Source of the DNA: an uncultured Candidatus Saccharibacteria bacterium
GTDB taxonomy: Bacteria > Patescibacteriota > Saccharimonadia > Saccharimonadales > UBA7683
DNA length: 33,867 bases
NCBI GenBank assembly: GCA_964621845.1
Contig: CAZUOL010000064.1
Location: 1 to 33,867, forward strand
Direction of reading: 5' to 3'
The notes under the pieces were generated by a model. That model ran no database searches and was not told the origin of the DNA. It saw nothing but the letters and a program-made list of their open reading frames with translations. Shown one piece after another: positions 8,053 through 16,419 of the stretch (position 1 is its first letter; every line of letters starts with the position of its first letter). The position numbers were made by a program, and so were the translations under genes.

Positions 8053-8556
8053 ATGATTGATATTGCTGCCTGTGCCGTCACCGTGCTCGTAATTGTTGGA
8101 GTACTGCTCCGTAAAACCAGCGCCGGGGTTGCCATTTTAGCGCTGTTAGCTGGTGTGCTGCTCGATCAGTTGCTTGCGAGTTGGGTACTGAGCTTTATTC
8201 CACCACAAAACGAACAAACGATGCTCTACATAAGCGCAGCGGTACACTTGCTGCTTACCTTCACGCCTGCTATCGTCGCGTTGATTGCCGTGAAGGTTGG
8301 TAAACATCATATCGTACCTTCCTTGCTTGCTTCGATTGCCCTCGGGTTTTTAATTACTTTTTTTGGTACCAAAATTCTCCTGCCACTACCACTTGTTCCG
8401 GATGAAGCAAAATCGTCTGGGTTGTTGGTGTTTCTGCAGCCCTACCAGAATGCAATATTGGCTGCCAGTGCCATTGTTGCCGTGTTTGAAATGACGCTAA
8501 GTTATCACAAAACGACGGCACACAATAAATCAAAGCGCCACCGGCTGACGAAGTAA
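8053..8556 (+). CDS. Hypothetical polytopic membrane protein
   Basis: 167-aa ORF with 4-5 hydrophobic segments and a basic tail. I recognise no family. Confidence 0.5.
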   Translation: MIDIAACAVTVLVIVGVLLRKTSAGVAILALLAGVLLDQLLASWVLSFIPPQNEQTMLYISAAVHLLLTFTPAIVALIAVKVGKHHIVPSLLASIALGFLITFFGTKILLPLPLVPDEAKSSGLLVFLQPYQNAILAASAIVAVFEMTLSYHKTTAHNKSKRHRLTK

Positions 8557-8559
8557 CCG

Positions 8560-9966
8560 CTAATAGACCTGCTGATAGCTGGTAATAGTCCACGTTTTAG
8601 AGCCACTTGAAAGCTTGGTGCCAAAGGTGATGGTACCGGCACCAGAAAGATCAACAGTTTGACCAACAGCAGCCCCAAGTACACCACTACCACCCACTTT
8701 TATGGTGCCCCAATACGATTGGAATACCATACCCGCGAGATTCGCAGCACCGCCTACATCAACTGTGGTGAGTGATTGGGTTGTTTTCAGCGCGTTGCCT
8801 GAAAGGCTGGTACACGCTGATCCACAGCTGGCGTTGGACTTAAAACTAATAAACTGAATACCCGTACCTGAGCTATTGGCAATTAATTGTGCCGAGCCAG
8901 CCACCGTTATAGTGCCATCAACCACAATAACGGGTGGCTTTGTACCGACACTGTTGGCAACGCGAATTTTAGCTGCGCCTCCAATCGTAAGGTTGCCGGT
9001 GATGTATACATCGCCAGTCACGGTGAGGTCACAGCTGCTTGAATTACTCACATTGCCCGTTAGCTTAAGATTCGCCAGCCAGGTTCTTACAAAACCGTTG
9101 GGGCTTTGCCACTGGCTACAATCGTAGTTAATGGCATTACCGGCAGCGGTGGTGGTCATCCGAGCAATGTGTGCTGCTCTGTCGTATGTAGGTTGCGTGC
9201 CAGGGTCGGTGACGCAGCCAATTTTTAAGCCCTGGCCACCTGTTCCAGTCTGAATATTGTTGTTCGGGCCTTTGCTGGTTTGGCCGGTGGCACAAACCGT
9301 ACCATAAATAGCAGTGCTCTGGGCAAGGCTAATCGGTTGGGTGCTTGAACAGACGGTTGGGTAGGTAGCGCCCGGTGTGGCACCGGTGGGGCAGGCCTGA
9401 TTGGCAACATATACATTCACCGGTTGGTTCGCGGTCCCAATTTTTGCTGCCCCAGAGAGCGATATGGTTACATTCACGAATACATCAGAGTTTGTAATAT
9501 TCGCACTACCGGTCAAAATCAGGCCACCTGGGCCGCTAAAAACAGAATACGATTCTGATCCAGTGCCAACAACGGTCACTTTAATTTTACGTTGGCTCAC
9601 CAGTTTAGAGGGGCTGCTGAGTGTGTAAATCGAGCCTGTTGAGGTAATTGTTTTAGCGTTGTTTGCTGCCGCCGTAACCGTTGTTTGAAAAACACCCCGG
9701 CCTTGCGTCGAGTTGTTAAAGAACTCCTGATTTGTTGCGTAGCCCGTAAAACTATCACTGGCATTGAGCTGGTGAAGCGATTGTTCAATCCCCGCCTCAG
9801 CTGCTAGGAGTGCATTTACATCAGAAACGTTTTTAGTGGTGATTTTAAAATCACTTAATACGAGTGTTACAAGCGCTAAGCCAATAATAGAAAGCGAGAT
9901 GGTAATAATCAGCACTGCACCGAGCAGGCTCCCGTTTTGATTTATTATTTTCAACCGCTTAATCAT
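8560..9966 (-). CDS. Large pilus-associated protein with a PilX_N-type N-terminus and a Gly/Thr/Ser/Asn-rich, probably beta-helical body
   Basis: The N-terminus NQNGSLLGAVLIITISLSIIGLALVTL followed by ALLAAEAGIEQ matches the PilX N-terminal pattern. It is the last gene of the minor-pilin operon, with an 8-nt overlap on the upstream gene. The body has 8 Cys and repetitive motifs such as GxxxITGNLTIGGAAKI. Confidence 0.68.
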   Translation of the reverse strand: MIKRLKIINQNGSLLGAVLIITISLSIIGLALVTLVLSDFKITTKNVSDVNALLAAEAGIEQSLHQLNASDSFTGYATNQEFFNNSTQGRGVFQTTVTAAANNAKTITSTGSIYTLSSPSKLVSQRKIKVTVVGTGSESYSVFSGPGGLILTGSANITNSDVFVNVTISLSGAAKIGTANQPVNVYVANQACPTGATPGATYPTVCSSTQPISLAQSTAIYGTVCATGQTSKGPNNNIQTGTGGQGLKIGCVTDPGTQPTYDRAAHIARMTTTAAGNAINYDCSQWQSPNGFVRTWLANLKLTGNVSNSSSCDLTVTGDVYITGNLTIGGAAKIRVANSVGTKPPVIVVDGTITVAGSAQLIANSSGTGIQFISFKSNASCGSACTSLSGNALKTTQSLTTVDVGGAANLAGMVFQSYWGTIKVGGSGVLGAAVGQTVDLSGAGTITFGTKLSSGSKTWTITSYQQVY

Positions 9967-10627
9967 TTCTAAATACCATCCTTGTTTTATAATCTGCCGT
10001 GATTGTGCGCCCGTAATATTTCTTGCTTAAATTGATCTGCAGCTCAATTGAACGAGCGTTGGTGGGCGTCACCTGATTGTTATCTCCATCATAGTACAAA
10101 ACGGTGAAACTGGTAATGTTTTCAATCAGTTTTTTATCGGCGGGGCAGGAGCTGGTTGCCTTGCTCGCCGGGCAGCTTGTTTTGGTGGCATTATTGGCAA
10201 CGGTTGATGCCAGCGATCTTTTGTATAACGTACCATTTTGTACAAAATAGACATTATTATTTTTCTCGGTAATATACTGTGAGGGGTCAGAAAATACGAT
10301 GTTCTTGCTTGTATCTTGCACCGCAGTGGCAAGTATGAGTGTGCTTGCATTTGAGGTCCAACTATACAAATTGGTTGGCGCACTCGGAGCGTTGTTGTCT
10401 GGCCAGCGATTATTTAAATCCGCATTTGCTGAAAGGCGTGTTTCATCGGCAACCTGATCAAGACCCTGCTGGGCTTGAATGAGCAAGTCACGCCGGGCTT
10501 GAATAACGGCGTAATTGACGAGGCCGTTTGCCATAAAGTTCATGATGACCATAATCAGTAAACTCGTCACAATTACAGATACAAGCACCTCAACAATTGT
10601 GAATCCTTTTTGATCCGTTATTTTCAC
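9959..10627 (-). CDS. Minor pilin / pseudopilin (PilW-like) with a prepilin N-terminal cleavage-methylation motif
   Basis: MKITDQKG|FTIVEVLVSVIVTSLLIMVI is a class III signal (G|FTxxE plus a hydrophobic helix). It overlaps its upstream neighbour by 4 nt. Confidence 0.75.
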   Translation of the reverse strand: MKITDQKGFTIVEVLVSVIVTSLLIMVIMNFMANGLVNYAVIQARRDLLIQAQQGLDQVADETRLSANADLNNRWPDNNAPSAPTNLYSWTSNASTLILATAVQDTSKNIVFSDPSQYITEKNNNVYFVQNGTLYKRSLASTVANNATKTSCPASKATSSCPADKKLIENITSFTVLYYDGDNNQVTPTNARSIELQINLSKKYYGRTITADYKTRMVFRND

Positions 10628-11016
10628 TGTGTTATTCCTATCACGCCAATCAGTGAGCTGAGCTGTACCTTATGCGTTTTATTGCCATCAGGGTAGCTGA
10701 CTGTTACGTCAACACGCTTTAACCCCGAAGTAGGCTCTGAAACAACCACGGTGCCGCTGCTGCCTTTCGGGAGCTTGGGAGAAAGTTGATTGGTAAAATC
10801 TATAGTACTTCCAGTAACCAGCGCGTTGTAATTGTTGTTACGCAGGGTTTCAATTTCACGCTGAGCTGCTCGAGTAGCGTTTTCTTTATAATTCGCCTGG
10901 GTCTGGGTGTTTTGGATACTTACAAATAAACTTGAAAGTGCCATCACTACTATGCCGATGACTATGATGCTGATGATTAACTCAACAATCGTAAACCCAC
11001 GTGTATTCTTATTCAT
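10624..11016 (-). CDS. Minor pilin (PilV-like) with a prepilin N-terminal cleavage-methylation motif
   Basis: From the internal ATG at 11016 the protein starts MNKNTRG|FTIVELIISIIVIGIVV, a short basic leader followed by G|FTIVE. The 25-codon extension in the ORF track (start 11091) runs through a terminator hairpin and a TATAAT box, so I reject it. Confidence 0.75.
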   Translation of the reverse strand: MNKNTRGFTIVELIISIIVIGIVVMALSSLFVSIQNTQTQANYKENATRAAQREIETLRNNNYNALVTGSTIDFTNQLSPKLPKGSSGTVVVSEPTSGLKRVDVTVSYPDGNKTHKVQLSSLIGVIGITQ

Positions 11017-11026
11017 GCTTATCTTT

Positions 11027-11032
11027 ATTATA
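11027..11032 (-). promoter_or_regulatory. -10 box (TATAAT) of the minor-pilin operon
   Basis: A perfect TATAAT on the minus strand lies 10 nt upstream of the ATG at 11016. No SD lies in between, and the -35 region is weak (TTTTGG at 17 nt). Confidence 0.4.
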
Positions 11033-11049
11033 GTACGTTTACTCAAGAA

Positions 11050-11075
11050 CCAAAAAAGCCACCTAAAATGGCTTA
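11050..11075 (-). terminator. Rho-independent terminator (minus strand)
   Basis: The minus strand reads AAGCCAT-TTTAG-GTGGCTT followed by TTTT. This is a 6-7 bp stem with one G.U pair, just upstream of the minor-pilin promoter. Confidence 0.55.
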
Positions 11076-11306
11076 ACGAAATGGTGTTCATCGCCGATGT
11101 TGTGGTGTACGAACTTTATCTATGCAGCAGTCTGTGCTAAATAACTTTCAATGTACAGACCATGTCATTTTCGGGCTTCCTAATTTGGTTCTATGCAAAA
11201 TTTTTATTCTGAGACTTTACTCCCGATCCAAAAATCGTTACTGAATGGTTCGTATTCAAGAAGTCTTATCGTTTCATTTCGTAACTACAATGTTTATGCC
11301 AGCAAT

Positions 11307-11954
11307 CTAAGCGCTCAATTGCTGCAAGAATATCGATAGAGGGTAAAGCACTACAAGCCCAGCCAACGCAAAGCAGGGTAGGGTGTACGTGAGCGCCTTA
11401 ATCCAACCAAGCTGGGGGCTACTACCGCTGCGGAGTCCAAACTGCTTGATGAGCTTGAGGTCCATCTCTGTAAGATGCGTATCAATGAAAGGTGGGTAAT
11501 TTGAAAGAATCACTACCGGCCAAATTGCATTAGACGATCTCGTTAGCAATCGCCGCACAATAGTGGTTACGGCAAAGCCTATTTCAAGCCATATTGAAAT
11601 AGAAAAACAGATACAAATAATAGACAAGAGCCCGTTAGGTGACCCGTTCAATGTCAGGGGTGCAATGAGTGCAAAGGTTATCACAAAGATAAGATTTAGC
11701 AGAAAAACAATGGAGGCGATGTCAACAAAGTCACCTCTGCTCAGAAGAGGCACCTTAATCACTCTTTGCTCAAACCAGTCCGAGTAACTTAACGCATTAA
11801 CTTCTTCTGCACTGATCCACACTCTCTGCGGGTATTTCTTCTTATATTGTGGACGATATTTAAGATATACAATCGCTGTATATAGAAACGTTATTAAATT
11901 CGTAAAACATAGTACTAAAGTAATTATCACGGCGGGATTCGCATATTCTTTCAT
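11307..11954 (-). CDS. Hypothetical polytopic membrane protein
   Basis: 215-aa ORF with about 6 hydrophobic segments. I recognise no family. Confidence 0.5.
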   Translation of the reverse strand: MKEYANPAVIITLVLCFTNLITFLYTAIVYLKYRPQYKKKYPQRVWISAEEVNALSYSDWFEQRVIKVPLLSRGDFVDIASIVFLLNLIFVITFALIAPLTLNGSPNGLLSIICICFSISIWLEIGFAVTTIVRRLLTRSSNAIWPVVILSNYPPFIDTHLTEMDLKLIKQFGLRSGSSPQLGWIKALTYTLPCFALAGLVVLYPLSIFLQQLSA

Positions 11955-12169
11955 GACCCGATGTTAACACAAAGTAACTATCTTCTGAATAGAGATGAGT
12001 ATGATGATTTGAACGTTAAGCGCTGTTAAGTAGCTCGATTTTAAAATTTCTATCAAGCCAGTTTTTTGTAGGCCGTCTGGGCTATAGTAAGCAGTATTCG
12101 GAATAAATTTCTGAGGATCGGTTTCTCCCGTACGTCCTGAAACCAGACCCTCAAGAAAACATTCCAATT

Positions 12170-12193
12170 CAAAAAGCCACACTGAGGTGGCTT
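12170..12193 (-). terminator. Rho-independent terminator after tRNA-Lys
   Basis: The minus strand reads AGCCAC-CTCAGT-GTGGCT followed by TTTTT, immediately 3' of the tRNA. Confidence 0.55.
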
Positions 12194-12200
12194 CATGAAT

Positions 12201-12277
12201 TGGAGGGCCATCTGGGGCTCGAACCCAGGACACCGGGCTTAAAAGGCCCGTGCTCTAACCAACTGAGCTAATGGCCC
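12201..12277 (-). tRNA. tRNA-Lys (anticodon UUU), CCA encoded
   Basis: The reverse complement folds by hand into a cloverleaf: acceptor GGGCCAT/ATGGCCC, D arm GCTC-AGTTGGTTA-GAGC, anticodon arm CGGGC-CTTTTAA-GCCCG (anticodon TTT), variable loop GTGTC, T arm CTGGG-TTCGAGC-CCCAG, discriminator T, CCA. Total 77 nt. Confidence 0.93.
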
Positions 12278-12356
12278 GCACGGTAGTGCAGTAAGTGCAC
12301 GACTAGAATAGTAAAGCATAACAGATGTAAAAAATCAATCTGCTATCATACCAATA

Positions 12357-13817
12357 ATGGTTGGGTGGTTGAAAAGGTACAGACCAACACGTGTTACGCT
12401 TATTGGCTGTCTGCTGGCAAGCATACTCTTTGGTTTGCTCGTGGCACGTCTCTCTTTTGCGCTCAATAGCCAATGGCTGTTTGCCATCCCTATATTGGCC
12501 AGTTTTCTCGCGCGACCAAAATTTATTTCAGTGCTTGCGGTACTTGCCATAGGCTTTATTATTGGCAGCTGGCGTGGAGGTACCTATCTAAGGCAGGTTT
12601 ATAGGTACGAGCAGTTTTTTGGCAGGGCTGTTGCTGTTGTAGGCACAGTCACTGATGATACGAGCTATGATAAAAGCAAGCAGACCGAATTTCATGTTGA
12701 TCACATAGCTATCAATAACCAGCAGTTACCTGGCAAGGTGCGGGTTCGTGGCTTTGGCGCAAACTCTGTTGCGCGCGGTGACCAGGTAAGAGTACTCGGG
12801 ACGTTGAATCGAACTATTGGTACCAGTCAGCAGGCCAGCATTTCTTATTCCTCCATTACTGTTATTGGCAAAAACAGTTCATGGGTGGAAAGAACTCGCA
12901 GTCGATTTTTTGCGGGGGTGTATTCGAGTTTGCCTGAGCCGCAGGCCAGCTTAGGGCTTGGTTTTTTGGTGGGGGTGCGGACAGCATTGCCACAAGATTT
13001 CAGCGATAAACTTGCCTTAGTTGGCTTAACACATATTATTGCAGTGAGCGGTTACAACTTAACGATTATCGTACAAATGGTGCGTAAGCTCTTTGAAAAA
13101 CGCTCTGCCTATCAGTCGGTATTGTTTTCAGGTATTTTGATCTTGTTGTTTTTGCTGATGACCGGCTGGAGCCCGTCAATTATGCGTGCTGCCGTTATCA
13201 CGGGCTTCAGTTTGCTCGCGTGGTATTATGGCCGAACAATTTTGCCAATCATCCTGATTTTACTGGGTGGTGCCATAACCGGGTTTATTAACCCACTTTA
13301 CGTGTGGGGTGATGCCGGTTGGTATCTTTCATTCCTAGCTTTTACGGGTGTTCTTATTCTTTCACCGATCGTCATATGTTTGTTGTATAAAGATGAAAAG
13401 CCAAACTTCTTCATTGCTATTTTAATAGAAACACTTTCGGCAATCTTATTTACGGCGCCCTACATCGCCTGGTTGTTTGGCAAGGTTTCGCTCATAGCTC
13501 CGATTGCAAACATAATTGTCGGTCCGCTGATTCCAATAACCATGCTGCTTGTTTTCTTGGTAGGTGCCATTGCTATATTTGTGCCAGTTCTAGCGCTTTG
13601 GCTGGCAATTTTCCCACGAGCAATCTTAACCTTCGTAGTTTGGGTGGTTGAAAAACTGGCCGCTGTTCCATTCGCCCAAGTTCAGGTGACTATAAGCCCA
13701 GCGCACATGGCCTTCTTCTATGCGCTTTTAGTTGCAATAACGCTTGTGTTGTGGCGCTTGCAAAAACATCGCGAAACCAAACAGCCATCCGCCAAAATCG
13801 ATTGGAATTTGGTATAA
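12357..13817 (+). CDS. comEC: ComEC/Rec2 DNA internalisation channel, short form (DUF4131 OB-fold plus Competence domain, no metallo-beta-lactamase domain)
   Basis: Signature GLTHIIAVSGYNLTIIV, SPSIMRAAV and many TM segments. The N-terminal soluble insert VVGTVTDD...VRVLGTL matches DUF4131. The ORF ends right after the last TM segments at 486 aa. Confidence 0.87.
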   Translation: MVGWLKRYRPTRVTLIGCLLASILFGLLVARLSFALNSQWLFAIPILASFLARPKFISVLAVLAIGFIIGSWRGGTYLRQVYRYEQFFGRAVAVVGTVTDDTSYDKSKQTEFHVDHIAINNQQLPGKVRVRGFGANSVARGDQVRVLGTLNRTIGTSQQASISYSSITVIGKNSSWVERTRSRFFAGVYSSLPEPQASLGLGFLVGVRTALPQDFSDKLALVGLTHIIAVSGYNLTIIVQMVRKLFEKRSAYQSVLFSGILILLFLLMTGWSPSIMRAAVITGFSLLAWYYGRTILPIILILLGGAITGFINPLYVWGDAGWYLSFLAFTGVLILSPIVICLLYKDEKPNFFIAILIETLSAILFTAPYIAWLFGKVSLIAPIANIIVGPLIPITMLLVFLVGAIAIFVPVLALWLAIFPRAILTFVVWVVEKLAAVPFAQVQVTISPAHMAFFYALLVAITLVLWRLQKHRETKQPSAKIDWNLV

Positions 13818-13859
13818 TTTAAGATATAGAATACAAGGCTAAATTGAAAGTAGAGTGAT

Positions 13860-14573
13860 ATGTCAGGGCATAGTAAGTGGTCAACAATTAAGCGGCAAAA
13901 AGAGGCAACCGATGCCAAGCGTGGAGCAGTGTTTACAAAAATGGGCAATCAAATCGCCATTGCTGCGCGCGGCGGCACCGATCCTGCCACAAACTCGGCA
14001 TTGGCGCTTGCAATCGACCGTGCTAAAGCGGCCAATATGCCCCTTGCTAATATTCAACGAGCCATAGATAGGGTGGCTGATAAAAATGCTGCTCAGCTCG
14101 AAGAGGTGGTGTACGAAGGTTATGGTCCGGGTGGTATCGGCCTCATTATTGAGGCGGCAACAGACAATAAAAACCGCACCTTTCCAGATGTCAGAACGGC
14201 ATTGACGAAGAACGGTGGCACAGTTGCCGAGCCCGGGAGTGTCGCTTTTCAATTTACAAGAAAGGGCGTCATTACAGTCGCAGCTAAAGGTGAAGATGCG
14301 CTGCTGACAGTTTTAGATGCGGGTGCTGATGATGCCATCGAAGAAGATGAAGGAATCGTTGTCTATACTGAGGCCAAAGAACTTGCCAAAGTTAGAACTG
14401 CGATTAAAGAGGCGGGGCTTGAAGTGAAGGACGCCGAGCTTCAGTATGTACCGAATAACACAATCGAGATAACCGACAAAGAGGTTGCTCGTAAAATTAT
14501 GAATATCATGGATGCCGTTGACGATCTTGATGATGTGACGGCCGTGCACAGCAACTTTGAAATCATAGAGTAA
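13860..14573 (+). CDS. yebC: YebC/PmpR family DNA-binding transcriptional regulator
   Basis: MSGHSKWSTIKRQKEATDAKRGAVFTKMGNQI... is the invariant YebC N-terminus, and the 237-aa length is typical. Confidence 0.93.
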   Translation: MSGHSKWSTIKRQKEATDAKRGAVFTKMGNQIAIAARGGTDPATNSALALAIDRAKAANMPLANIQRAIDRVADKNAAQLEEVVYEGYGPGGIGLIIEAATDNKNRTFPDVRTALTKNGGTVAEPGSVAFQFTRKGVITVAAKGEDALLTVLDAGADDAIEEDEGIVVYTEAKELAKVRTAIKEAGLEVKDAELQYVPNNTIEITDKEVARKIMNIMDAVDDLDDVTAVHSNFEIIE

Positions 14574-14631
14574 TTTTAAGCAAACGCTGAAAGTTTTGAC
14601 AGCTCAATAAGCACGGGCGTATTATTTTGGT

Positions 14632-16350
14632 ATGAAGCGGGTGGGCATCTTGTTTCTGGTGTTATTGCTCAACGTTATCTTTTCGCGTGCGCTTTTTGCA
14701 AGCGCCGTCGTCATTTCGCAAATAAAGGCGGGCAATTCTTCGGCACCACGCTTGATCGAGCTCTATAACAATACTGAAAATGCGGTTGATGTTACAGATT
14801 GGTGTGTCTACTATGCGAGCGCGGCCTCAAATCCAGCTATCTCTCAAACTACGCCAAATGAGCGAGCCTGCTTTCACACAACGCAGGCGACGCAGCGGTT
14901 AGTGCTACCGGCTCGGTCGTACATTGTTGTCAGCGCCAACATTACTGGGCTGACAGGCGATTTCACCATGACCGAGGGCCTTGGATCGGGCTCATCGGGA
15001 CACGTTTTCATCGCCGATGCTGGTAAGGCAATACAAGATATAGTTGGGTGGGGAACGGCGCAGTATCCCGAACAGGCGTCAATTATCAACCCGAGTCCGT
15101 ATATTATCGAGCGCAAACAAGCAACTCTCGGGATGTACCAAGATACTGATAATAATGCCGCCGATTTTGCGGCATCGACCCTACGTGCGAATTACCAAGT
15201 TGGCGCACTGACTGAAGCGACTGATGTATGTCTGAACCTAGAAGGATATCAGTCAGCACTCCCTGAGGGCTATGAAGTAACTGATGGTCATAACTGTACC
15301 CTACTGCCGGTGGATATATGCTTGAATATTGACGGGGTTCAGGCTGAGGTGCCTGCTGGTTACCAAGTTGAGGGTAGTGGTGAATGCACGCCTACAGATC
15401 CAGCACCCGATCCCAATCAGGGTCCTGATCCTATCCCAAGTAATATTCCACTTGAAATCACTGAGTTGCTACCCAATGCGATCGGTGCTGATGAAGGGGC
15501 TGAGTTTATTGAAATTCATAACCCGAACAGTACCCCAATTGGGCTCGATGGCTACCAATTGAATGTGGGGCCTGGTTTCGAAAAGCATTATAGTTTTCCG
15601 CCCAACACTGAAATAGGGCCTGAACAGTATCTGGCATTCTATAATTCGGAGATAAACTTTACATTGGTGAACACAACCAGTCGCGTGCGGCTGGTCGCAC
15701 CCACTGGCGCTGTAGTCAGTACTACTGAAAGCTACCAAGACCCTGCCGATGGGCAAAGCTGGTCACTGTTTGATGATGGCTGGAAGATCACTGATAGTTC
15801 GACTCCGAACGCTCCAAATCAATACACCCTGAATGAAAGTACTGATGAAACGAGCAGCACAGGGTCTACTCTCACGCCGTGCCGTGCTGATCAGTATCGC
15901 AACCCATTAACGAACCGCTGCAAATTAAAAGCCAGTGCATCCGGCGTGCTGAAGGCCTGCGCAGCGGATCAGGTAAGAAACCCTGAAACTAATCGCTGTC
16001 GTAAATTAAGCACCGCAGTCACCTCGCTATCTCCGTGTAAGGTTGGCCAAGAGCGGAACCCCGAAACCAATCGGTGTCGTAAAATAGGTGCCGGCACGTC
16101 TAGCTTGAAACCTTGTCAGCCAGGTTATGAGCGCAATCCTGAAACTAATCGCTGTCGAAAGGGCTCTGCTAAACTAAGCGGCGCGCTCGCAGAGCCTGCT
16201 GCCATTAGCCCCATCAATCTAAGTAGCAGAATCATTGTTTTGCTGGTTGCAATGGCACTCGCCTACGGAGCATATGAATATAAAACAGATATCAAGCACT
16301 TGATTGATCGTCTGCGTAGTAAACGAGGCGACCCAAGACCACCTGGCTAG
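14632..16350 (+). CDS. Membrane-anchored surface protein with two lamin-tail domains (LTD), two CLN-x-G-x-Q modules and four Cys-bracketed basic repeats
   Basis: Signal peptide MKRVGILFLVLLLNVIFSRALFASA. LTD-like segments VISQIKAGNSSAPRLIELYN...VTDW and LEITELLPNAIGADEGAEFIEIHNPNSTPIGLDGYQL. Four repeats of C-x12-C (consensus C..GQ.RNPETNRC-RK). A C-terminal TM segment and a basic tail. Confidence 0.8.
   Translation: MKRVGILFLVLLLNVIFSRALFASAVVISQIKAGNSSAPRLIELYNNTENAVDVTDWCVYYASAASNPAISQTTPNERACFHTTQATQRLVLPARSYIVVSANITGLTGDFTMTEGLGSGSSGHVFIADAGKAIQDIVGWGTAQYPEQASIINPSPYIIERKQATLGMYQDTDNNAADFAASTLRANYQVGALTEATDVCLNLEGYQSALPEGYEVTDGHNCTLLPVDICLNIDGVQAEVPAGYQVEGSGECTPTDPAPDPNQGPDPIPSNIPLEITELLPNAIGADEGAEFIEIHNPNSTPIGLDGYQLNVGPGFEKHYSFPPNTEIGPEQYLAFYNSEINFTLVNTTSRVRLVAPTGAVVSTTESYQDPADGQSWSLFDDGWKITDSSTPNAPNQYTLNESTDETSSTGSTLTPCRADQYRNPLTNRCKLKASASGVLKACAADQVRNPETNRCRKLSTAVTSLSPCKVGQERNPETNRCRKIGAGTSSLKPCQPGYERNPETNRCRKGSAKLSGALAEPAAISPINLSSRIIVLLVAMALAYGAYEYKTDIKHLIDRLRSKRGDPRPPG
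15880..16161 (+). repeat. In-frame tandem coding repeats (4 copies, about 81-nt period) encoding C-x12-C basic modules
   Basis: CRADQYRNPLTNRCKLK / CAADQVRNPETNRCRKL / CKVGQERNPETNRCRKI / CQPGYERNPETNRCRKG, separated by Ser/Thr/Ala-rich 9-aa linkers. The copies differ at synonymous sites, so they are old repeats. Confidence 0.85.
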
Positions 16351-16367
16351 AATACATTCATCACATA

Positions 16368-16396
16368 AAGCCGAGCTTTACCGCTCGGTTTTTTTA
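16368..16396 (+). terminator. Rho-independent terminator after the LTD gene
   Basis: CCGAGC-TTTACC-GCTCGG followed by T7 (16389-16395). Confidence 0.65.
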
Positions 16397-16419
16397 TAGT
16401 AAATACGTATACTTAAGGT

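Noticed and set aside
11017-11091. N-terminal 25-codon extension of the PilV-like ORF in the track
   Set aside because: The extension reads through a terminator hairpin and a TATAAT box. The internal Met gives a canonical short prepilin leader, MNKNTRG|FTIVE.
11964-12233. 89-aa minus-strand ORF
   Set aside because: Its N-terminus is translated from the tRNA-Lys gene and its terminator hairpin. It has no SD, and the remainder is AT-rich promoter-like sequence.
15880-16161. Regularly spaced DNA repeats considered as a possible CRISPR array or VNTR
   Set aside because: The repeats are in frame within a long ORF. They are conserved at the protein level (RNPETNRC) and diverged at synonymous sites, and their 'spacers' encode S/T/A linkers. 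They are a protein repeat, not a CRISPR array.
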